From a virus (lineage: Duplodnaviria; Caudoviricetes), in the IMG/VR virus record IMGVR_UViG_3300033066_000778, positions 1-64,000 of that record: a DNA stretch of 64,000 bases; one strand, given 5' to 3'. The translations under genes and the position numbers were made by a program. Below the pieces are notes generated by a model. It did not search any database and was not told the DNA's origin. It was given only the letters and a program-made list of their open reading frames with translations. This document shows, in pieces, positions 57,042 through 64,000 of this stretch (positions are counted from its first letter, which is position 1; each line of letters starts with the position of its first letter).

Positions 57042-57064
57042 AAAACTATTGAATATTCAAGGGG

Positions 57065-59749
57065 TTAAAACACGAGTTCATCAAACGATGCCCCTTGAGC
57101 GGTTAGAACGAAGTTGACCTGTAGGAACTCAGCGGCTTTCGTTGGCTTGATGTAGATGATCGCAGACATTTCGTTACGATCAACTCTATCAGCGGTGTTA
57201 GTCGTAGAGTCACAACGGATCTTGAAGTCTACAACACCCCTACGGTCCTTAACAGCCTGTAGGAATGGTTCGGCGGTGTTTACAAAGTTCGTCCAGGTGA
57301 TAGCATCATCGGGCTCGAATAGAATGTATCGACCAGTCGTGGTGATAACCTTTTCAAGATAGAGTAGAAGCTTACGAACGTTTACACGGTCAAGAGCAGA
57401 TGGTTTGCGCTGTAGTGTCTTCTGTCCCCAAACGTTGATACCGTCACGAGCGAACGTAGCGATAACGTTTACGTTGTTTGAGTAGAGAAGATCCATTTCA
57501 CCACGGGTTGGGTTGTATTCAGCCTTGGTAGGTGTTACAAGCCGTCCACGGGTTAAACCAGCAGGAGCGATCCAGGGATCAGCAACCATATCAGTATAGG
57601 CGTAAACCTGAGCAATATGGCCTGATGGAGGAGTCCAAACCTTCTTCTTGTTTACAGGGTCGTAAACCTGTAGCCAAGGCCAGTAAAGAGCAGCGTAGGA
57701 GGAATTGAATGCCTGATGATCTCCAAGGAAGTCACCAGTTCCATTATTCCAGTCTACGATCTGTTGTGGGGTGTAACCGCGTGGAGGATCTACTAGACAC
57801 ATCGCGTCTCCACGACCTGTGCAGATGGAGGTCATCTCGTTGATTACAGAAGGATCAGAAACCCCTGGAACCGCGATTAGGTTGATATCGAGTTCCTCTG
57901 CGTTTGCGAAGAACTGTAGACCAGTCTTTTCTACTCCATTAGCGACGCCAATGAAGGTTGAAGGGTTGATCGTATTGGTTGGAGGCATTCCATTAGATCC
58001 ACCAGAAAGAGCATACTTAACACCAACAGCGGATGCCTTTGGCTGAGAAGTATTCTTAACTAGTGTATCACCAACGTAGTTGTTGGTAACCGTGATTCGT
58101 GCAGAAACGCCGTTAATTGCGTTTTCTACATAAGCGGGGTTAGGAATCGTACCATTGGGGTCAAGTGGATCTACAATTGTTTCAGGAGTCATTACAAGGT
58201 TCTTGTAGGACTCGACAAAGTATCCCTTTTCATAGACATTTAGGTTAAACGTTCCATTTACGTTGGAGATGATTTCGACACCAACAGCGTTACCCCAGGT
58301 TCCAGCTGAAGCAGCAGTAACATCGAGAGGAGCAGCTACAGTAGTCGTAGTGGTCTTTTGTGCAGGAACAGTTCCGAATACCGTGTAAACTCCGTTACCC
58401 GTACCAAGCGTTAGACCTTCGTAAGTTGAACCATTCTTTAGAGCAACTTTGAGGTATTCATTTCCACCAACAGTTACTTTAGATGCGTCTAACTCAGCTG
58501 AGAAACTAGCATTGTTATTTAACGCGGTAACTAAAGTGTCGATGGTAGCATAAGTACCAGCTGTTACTGTTGCTGAAAGAGGCGTTGACGTTCCATTAGA
58601 AAACTCAAGAAGATTGAACGTAAGCGTATCATTTGTAGCAGCTACGATTGTCATAGGAGCTTCAACAGATCCAACGACGTACTTGGCAGCTACAGGGCAA
58701 CCGAATATGGCTAACGTTGCGTCACGGGAAGCTGGGGTTCCAAGGGCAAGGTAGGTATTTGCAGAAGATGCCTTAAGAGCAATCTTAACCTGACCATTAC
58801 CAGATGCGCCATTGAATACCGAAGCAACAAGATTTGTTGAGAAACCGGAGATAGCATTGATTGCCGTAACAAGATCGTCAACCGACGCGTAAACAGCAGG
58901 AGCTACAGTAAACTCAGTTGGAGACGCGAGGGCTGGTGTGGTTCCCATGATAACAGCGAACCTATCACTAACACTGTCTGTTATTGTAATCGTAGAACCA
59001 ATGTTTGATCCGAGAATGTAAGCATACTCAGAAATCGTTCCCGTTCCGAAAACAACAGGTGTTACGCCAAGGCTTCCAAGGCGAGTAAAACCAAATACGT
59101 TTTGGGAGATAGCCGTTCCGCCAAGTTGGATACTATGTGAGGATCCAACCTGCTTACCCGTGATCTTCAAGCTTCCTGTTGAAGAAGCAGAAGCAGTAAG
59201 GTAAGTAGCAAATGCTGGTGTTGAATTTAGTGCAGAAACAACGTCAGGAACTGACCGTACGACAGATCCACTGATTGGAAGTGTGAACGTAAGGTCGTAT
59301 CCAGGTAGAGATCCATCAACAATGATCTTTAGTACGTTATTTGAAGACGTGAACGTAATAAGAGAGTTGACTGTTCCTGTCATTGTTGGAGCAGTGGAAT
59401 CCTCATTAAGAGAAGTCGCTGCATATTTCGCTGCGTACTTTTCAGTAATTGGATCCGTTAGTGGATCATAAAGTGGATCAAGCTCTGCTACGCGAACGAA
59501 GTAAAGCTGACGACCAGTATGAAGATACTGAAGGGCTGAATAAACAGCGGGAAGAGGAGCAACGTCTGGATCAGTTGGATCACCAAAAGTTGACGCAAAC
59601 TGAACAGGATTCGTTACGTAGGTAGGTTCGTTAAGTGGTCCTCTTGAGGCAAAACCAACGATACCTAACGCAGTCGTAGAGAGGTTTGGCACGTAGAGAC
59701 TTAGATCAGTCTCTAAAGAGAATACTCCTGGTGAGAGATAGACAGACAT
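57065..59749 (-). CDS. Contractile tail sheath protein (gp18-like)
   Basis: YLSPGV..E.D, G.A.RGP, GTWGN, YWPW, PPSG, W.APAG..RG, WGQKTL, RVNVR.L, PTKAAEF. Confidence 0.96.
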   Translation of the reverse strand: MSVYLSPGVFSLETDLSLYVPNLSTTALGIVGFASRGPLNEPTYVTNPVQFASTFGDPTDPDVAPLPAVYSALQYLHTGRQLYFVRVAELDPLYDPLTDPITEKYAAKYAATSLNEDSTAPTMTGTVNSLITFTSSNNVLKIIVDGSLPGYDLTFTLPISGSVVRSVPDVVSALNSTPAFATYLTASASSTGSLKITGKQVGSSHSIQLGGTAISQNVFGFTRLGSLGVTPVVFGTGTISEYAYILGSNIGSTITITDSVSDRFAVIMGTTPALASPTEFTVAPAVYASVDDLVTAINAISGFSTNLVASVFNGASGNGQVKIALKASSANTYLALGTPASRDATLAIFGCPVAAKYVVGSVEAPMTIVAATNDTLTFNLLEFSNGTSTPLSATVTAGTYATIDTLVTALNNNASFSAELDASKVTVGGNEYLKVALKNGSTYEGLTLGTGNGVYTVFGTVPAQKTTTTTVAAPLDVTAASAGTWGNAVGVEIISNVNGTFNLNVYEKGYFVESYKNLVMTPETIVDPLDPNGTIPNPAYVENAINGVSARITVTNNYVGDTLVKNTSQPKASAVGVKYALSGGSNGMPPTNTINPSTFIGVANGVEKTGLQFFANAEELDINLIAVPGVSDPSVINEMTSICTGRGDAMCLVDPPRGYTPQQIVDWNNGTGDFLGDHQAFNSSYAALYWPWLQVYDPVNKKKVWTPPSGHIAQVYAYTDMVADPWIAPAGLTRGRLVTPTKAEYNPTRGEMDLLYSNNVNVIATFARDGINVWGQKTLQRKPSALDRVNVRKLLLYLEKVITTTGRYILFEPDDAITWTNFVNTAEPFLQAVKDRRGVVDFKIRCDSTTNTADRVDRNEMSAIIYIKPTKAAEFLQVNFVLTAQGASFDELVF

Positions 59750-60045
59750 TAAATTTTCTCCTTTTTGAATTTCTTCGTCTTCTTGTAAGCTTCTCTACTG
59801 TCTTCAATAATTGGCTTCGGCTTCTCATAAGAGACAGTAACTATTGGAGGTAGAGCAGTAGCAGCTATTTCTTTTAAGAAACCATTTTTTAGTTTTGTCG
59901 TTACATCCCCTGTATACTGCCAGGAGTACACTTCGTAAGTTTCAAGTGGACGAAGTTCCACTGTAAAATTAGACACTTTATCTACGGTCTTAAAGTTAAC
60001 CGATAAAGTATTCTTTGTAATGTTCTGTAGTGTTAAACTTACCAT
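59749..60045 (-). CDS. Small hypothetical virion protein
   Basis: 98 aa, coupled to the sheath gene. Confidence 0.65.
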   Translation of the reverse strand: MVSLTLQNITKNTLSVNFKTVDKVSNFTVELRPLETYEVYSWQYTGDVTTKLKNGFLKEIAATALPPIVTVSYEKPKPIIEDSREAYKKTKKFKKEKI

Positions 60046-60614
60046 TACTTGATTCCAAATTCCTCTTCAATACTTAGCATTGCTTCCGTATACGTTCGAT
60101 TCATCCCTGGTCTGTAAGTAGATGCGTCTGGTGCCTTCTCTACCTTTTTTGCCTTGGCGACTTCTCCTAATGGGCTTCTGCTCTGTGATGATTGTGAGGT
60201 TGCAGTTGTTTTTTTGGTCTTATCTTCTTTGGACTTAGGTGCTTCTTCGGCTTGTCTAACAGGAGTTGAGGGAGGGTTTCCAGAGGGGGCACCAGACGGT
60301 ATGTTCTGTGGTACATTTGTTTGACTCGGGGCTAAGCCACCAATGAGTCCACCAAGTGTTTCTGTAATGTAAGTATCAGGATTAAATTCTTCTTCGGCTT
60401 CGTTTGCCTTAGACGTTTGAGAAGGACGTGAACCCTTATTTAAAGAAGACTGGGTTCTGAGTCCAATACCATAATATCCGGCTCGCTGGTCAGCAGCATG
60501 TATCGCGGCCTGTTCCGCCTCCGCGTCAGACATGCCAGGATTATTAGCGATGTATTGTTGCTTTAGTTGTAAGATAAGTGCATCTTTTTCAGCAACAGAT
60601 GAAATTCGTGGCAT
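60045..60614 (-). CDS. Low-complexity hypothetical protein (possible internal head protein)
   Basis: 189 aa with GGAG SD. Confidence 0.65.
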   Translation of the reverse strand: MPRISSVAEKDALILQLKQQYIANNPGMSDAEAEQAAIHAADQRAGYYGIGLRTQSSLNKGSRPSQTSKANEAEEEFNPDTYITETLGGLIGGLAPSQTNVPQNIPSGAPSGNPPSTPVRQAEEAPKSKEDKTKKTTATSQSSQSRSPLGEVAKAKKVEKAPDASTYRPGMNRTYTEAMLSIEEEFGIK

Positions 60615-60660
60615 CGTAAAAACTCCATAGTATATTTACATTTAGTTTGAAATTTACCCT

Positions 60661-60683
60661 AAAATATTTGAAGTTTCAAATAT
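60661..60683. promoter_or_regulatory. AT-rich palindrome (weak terminator or operator)
   Basis: Minus strand ATATTTGAA-AC-TTCAAATAT followed by TTT, in an intergenic gap. Confidence 0.35.
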
Positions 60684-60689
60684 AGTATT

Positions 60690-61448
60690 TTATGGGTTTT
60701 GATCTTCTTTATCTTCTTCGATCTTTTCGAATACGAAGTCCCATTCATTAGTTGGTAAGACTGCCGTAGGAGATGGGAAATCAGCCCCAGGTTGGTTTAC
60801 ATAACCACCAAGAACTAGTTTCTTTACGGTTGGGAAGACGGTTGCCTCGGGGATTACCCAAGCGTCTAGATTAAAGGTAAAAGCCATACGAACTGTACGA
60901 TCTTTATCTCTTGGCTCATACTCAGTTAAATTTGACGGTCCATTGTGTAACATTGCAAGGGAAACGTATTTCTTTCCCCAAACGCCTTTAAAATCAATTG
61001 GAAGCCAAACCTCGTGGTCAATGAACTTAAGTAAGATTGTTCTTACTATCTGGTTCATCGTCGTACGGTACTTGGTCCAGCAGTCTAACTGGTACATAAT
61101 ACTAACAGGTAGTGGCTGACGAGATTGAAATACTCCGTTCCCATCCTCAGTCCAACCGAGCTTCCTATAGTGATGCTTTGTCCAACGACTCGTATCAACA
61201 GACCAGTCTAACTGTGTTAGTGCCAACGCAGGTAGTTTAACTATTTGATTTTCTCTTGTGGTGAACTCTTCGTTGGTTGGCGACAGGTTTTCTTGTGTAC
61301 CTAAGTTTAATACAGGAGGGCCTGTAACAGGAATAAGCGTTTCAAAAAAAGTTGTATTGTTAGGATCAGGAAACACGTTTATTGTGAAGAACTTTTTTAG
61401 TTCCTCATCAAACTCGTAAAAACCTATTGGAGAAGGAAGGTCTTGCAT
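60690..61448 (-). CDS. Tail terminator/sheath stabiliser (gp15-like)
   Basis: LP.LAL..P.PV.I.YQL..W.K...MNQI; positioned between neck and sheath genes. Confidence 0.7.
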   Translation of the reverse strand: MQDLPSPIGFYEFDEELKKFFTINVFPDPNNTTFFETLIPVTGPPVLNLGTQENLSPTNEEFTTRENQIVKLPALALTQLDWSVDTSRWTKHHYRKLGWTEDGNGVFQSRQPLPVSIMYQLDCWTKYRTTMNQIVRTILLKFIDHEVWLPIDFKGVWGKKYVSLAMLHNGPSNLTEYEPRDKDRTVRMAFTFNLDAWVIPEATVFPTVKKLVLGGYVNQPGADFPSPTAVLPTNEWDFVFEKIEEDKEDQNP

Positions 61449-62152
61449 TAGACTGTTGTTTCTTCTTTTTTCGTATGCTTGAGGAACTCAGCCAAAGCTG
61501 ATCGAGTAGCAGTTTTCATATCGGCTGTCCAGTTCTTTTTGAGTCTATTGCTTTCCTTCTTTATCTGTTGAAGAACGGGACGCCAGTGTGGTCTTGCTGG
61601 TATGTTTCTGCTTGGTACGCCAAACTCTAGCCAACGTGCAAGGTCAATCATTTTTACTGGTTTCTTTTGTTTTACATACATCTTTTCGATTACTTTTTCT
61701 AACTTTTTTGCTTTTAACCTTTTGATAGTAGTAGTTAGGTCTTCCTTGGTCATTTGTGAATAGGCAGCACGAAGTGTTTTCTTACGCATTATTGGTGTAT
61801 GTTCTTCATTACGGAAACCAACAACATATGCTGTAGGAAGGCCATTACCTGTACTGTCGTAGACTGGAATAGCAGAAATACTATCTACGTATTCTCCAGT
61901 AAACATTAGTGGATTTGTGCTGTTACCATGCTTTGCTTTCCAAGCAAGGTATGAATTATGTCTTCTACTTTCAGAACGTTCAGCCTTAAAGTTAAAGGCA
62001 TTACTCCGTATTTTATCTTGAAGTCTTGTTACGATTGTTTCAGCATACTCTTGTAAGTTTTCCTGCATAACAGGAATAACTGTTGAATTAAACGTCTCAA
62101 CAATTATGCTTCCCCAATCTGCTGTTGGCTTAGTAATGATTATCTTAGACAT
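61448..62152 (-). CDS. Tail completion/neck protein (HK97 gp10-like)
   Basis: LARWLEFG..NIPARPHWRP. Confidence 0.7.
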   Translation of the reverse strand: MSKIIITKPTADWGSIIVETFNSTVIPVMQENLQEYAETIVTRLQDKIRSNAFNFKAERSESRRHNSYLAWKAKHGNSTNPLMFTGEYVDSISAIPVYDSTGNGLPTAYVVGFRNEEHTPIMRKKTLRAAYSQMTKEDLTTTIKRLKAKKLEKVIEKMYVKQKKPVKMIDLARWLEFGVPSRNIPARPHWRPVLQQIKKESNRLKKNWTADMKTATRSALAEFLKHTKKEETTV

Positions 62153-62613
62153 TAGTAGTTAGATATAACAGTAGTACCCTCTGAGGGCTTTTCGTAACGG
62201 ATTCGTTTAACTTCAACTATATGAGAAAGAGGAATCTGTAGGTTTGATCCATAGTCAACTGGGTTAGTCTGTGTAACCAAATAGTAGTCATTCTGTACTT
62301 CGATTTGGTCACCAGTACCGGGCCATTCAACGTTCTTTTCCCTAAGAAGGTCCAAACTGAAGTAAATAAGTAAAGAACGGACTTCATCCATTCCGAACTT
62401 AGTCATGTAGTTTTCCCACTTTGATAAGTCAGGGATATAGGCTTCGATTGAATATGGCTCGTCATACTGCTTATTAGGGTTTTCTCCGTATACGTTATTA
62501 AACTGTTGGCGTTTAACTTTGTATACTTTAACAGGAAAAAAGAGATCTTTGTAGATCTCCACGTTTTTCCTTTGAAAGAAAGCTATGTCAGCAGGTTTTA
62601 GAAAAGTAGGCAT
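62152..62613 (-). CDS. Head-closure neck protein (gp14-like)
   Basis: NVYGE..KFG..P..GD.I..Y.V. Confidence 0.7.
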   Translation of the reverse strand: MPTFLKPADIAFFQRKNVEIYKDLFFPVKVYKVKRQQFNNVYGENPNKQYDEPYSIEAYIPDLSKWENYMTKFGMDEVRSLLIYFSLDLLREKNVEWPGTGDQIEVQNDYYLVTQTNPVDYGSNLQIPLSHIVEVKRIRYEKPSEGTTVISNY

Positions 62614-63752
62614 TAAATCCCCATTGCAATAGCAATTTGACGGTGCTTACGCTTCTTTCTCTTAGCTGGAGTAGTAGCCGGACCTAGATCTCTTGTATCG
62701 TCTAATTCGCCACCAAAGGGTTTAACTAGACCAAGCTCAGGATGGCCCATTGGCTGACTAAACGTTGGAACCATTGACGTAAGCATATTCTCAAATAGAC
62801 TTTCGTTAATTGGTTCAGTTTGCTCTTCAATGTCCGGAGCAGTAGACGTAGGTAACTCCTCAGTTAGAGTAAGAGCCTTGAGATTCTTGAGAATACCCTT
62901 ATCAAAGTGTTCCTGTAAGTTCGCTGTTACGATAGCAAACTCATTAAGGATATCTAGGCAATGGATCTGAATAAGCGTAGACTCATCTGCTCTAGTCTTT
63001 GCCCTGTTTGCACTACCTATAAGATGTTGTCTTTCTTGTGCTACCAATCCAGTTGCTGGACCGGAAAGTTCCTTTGCTTCTTCTTTACCTTCTGGGTAAT
63101 CTTCAAACTTTTTATGCGGTAGTGCTGTCGGAGGAACTTTAGTCTTACTAGCTCTATTTTTAGTAATGTAAGCATTAGCCGTTTCAGCATCTAGTTCTGT
63201 AAGGACGTTTTTGAACCCATCAAAAAAAGTACTCTCTTTTACCATTGACTTGCCATCCCATCCTTTTATGCCAGACTGCGTAATCGGATTCTTATCCTTA
63301 AAACCTAGTTCTGCTCTTTTCTGTGCTATTGTTAGGCTCTTTGCTTTTTCAATGTCATTTTGAGCAGTTTCAGCATTTTTGAAACCATGTGGAATAGGTT
63401 TTACAACATAATTTTCAAATGACGGACGGTTATACGTTCCCATCCCAGTTTCATCACTTACGTGAGGTAACGTCATCCCAGCAATTTCTTCTTTAGTTCC
63501 ACCCTCAGAAGCAATCCTACGAACAGCATTTCTTGTTATTGTTGGTACATCTTTATCTGCCATGAGCTTAGAAGGCTCTACACCAAGCTTAAAAGCTTCT
63601 TTTGCTGGCCCTAATGCTGTAACACCACCAGATATAACTTTGTACTCTTTTGGTGTAATACTATACTCTTTATCTTCATCTGCTTTTGGATTTTTATTTC
63701 CAAAAATACCTAGAGAACGTAAACGATCAGTAAAAGAACGAGAGTCAGCCAT
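62613..63752 (-). CDS. Hypothetical protein with many L/I/V-x-E motifs (possible processed head protein)
   Basis: VKE, LTE, LNE, LQE, INE and LFE clustered in the C-terminal half. Confidence 0.6.
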   Translation of the reverse strand: MADSRSFTDRLRSLGIFGNKNPKADEDKEYSITPKEYKVISGGVTALGPAKEAFKLGVEPSKLMADKDVPTITRNAVRRIASEGGTKEEIAGMTLPHVSDETGMGTYNRPSFENYVVKPIPHGFKNAETAQNDIEKAKSLTIAQKRAELGFKDKNPITQSGIKGWDGKSMVKESTFFDGFKNVLTELDAETANAYITKNRASKTKVPPTALPHKKFEDYPEGKEEAKELSGPATGLVAQERQHLIGSANRAKTRADESTLIQIHCLDILNEFAIVTANLQEHFDKGILKNLKALTLTEELPTSTAPDIEEQTEPINESLFENMLTSMVPTFSQPMGHPELGLVKPFGGELDDTRDLGPATTPAKRKKRKHRQIAIAMGI

Positions 63753-64000
63753 TAAACGTACCTCGGAAATAGATCAGCCCTTGAAGACTGAATTTCATTA
63801 AGAAGGCGATTTTGCATTGAAGTAGCTTCGGCTACCATTGCATCTCCGTCCAAGTGCATGACTGTTCCAGCTACAGGGATTTTATCATATTTCCGTCTAG
63901 CTCTTCCGACGATTAACATTGCTTCGGTAAGAGCCCAATCCGATACCCATTTATGTGAATGAGGAGGAATTGACGTTAAATCATCTTTATGAGGAAACGT
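63752..64000 (-). CDS. Neck protein (gp13-like), C-terminal fragment
   Basis: Hand translation ..KWVSDWALTEAMLIVGRARRKYDKIPVAGTVMHLDGDAMVAEA..RLLNEI..* matches the gp13 C-terminal pattern. Confidence 0.75.
   Translation of the reverse strand, partial: TFPHKDDLTSIPPHSHKWVSDWALTEAMLIVGRARRKYDKIPVAGTVMHLDGDAMVAEATSMQNRLLNEIQSSRADLFPRYV

Noticed and set aside
121-63801. Plus-strand ORFs in the track (e.g. 11800..12429, 53843..54490, 22026..22241)
   Set aside because: They are antisense shadows of well-supported minus-strand genes, with no recognisable motifs.
1-64000. Stop-codon reassignment, CRISPR array, DGR/reverse transcriptase, integrase
   Set aside because: Genes are full length in the standard code; no repeat-spacer array, RT motifs or recombinase were seen.

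Overview
This is a 64-kb segment of a large lytic myovirus with a T4/jumbo-like gene set. Essentially every real gene is on the minus strand, uses the standard code, and is tightly packed with TAATG/ATGA overlaps. In transcription order (64000 to 1) it holds: (1) neck, tail-completion and probable internal head proteins; (2) tail sheath, two HNH nucleases and tail tube; (3) gp26/gp51-like chaperones and a tape measure with a lytic transglycosylase domain; (4) baseplate hub, spike and wedge genes and large Ig/IPT/FN3/BACON fibre proteins; (5) a ~700-nt gap with no convincing gene; (6) a replication/recombination operon: UvsW, DnaB-like helicase, primase, UDG-fused PolA with an HNH intein, SSB, UvsY, UvsX, SbcD, an FETNSSS protein plus radical SAM enzyme, SbcC, resolvase, NYN protein, dUTPase, HNH, and a class II-like RNR with a LAGLIDADG intein. 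The strongest novelty candidates are: (a) an apparent split-IPT/TIG docking system, in which the 1708-aa fibre ends in the N-terminal half of an IPT domain and three baseplate proteins each carry the complementary C-terminal half; (b) a ~535-nt promoter-driven, highly structured, pseudoknotted candidate ncRNA between the structural and replication modules; (c) the radical SAM/FETNSSS pair inserted between sbcD and sbcC. All calls come from reading motifs by eye; no searches were run.
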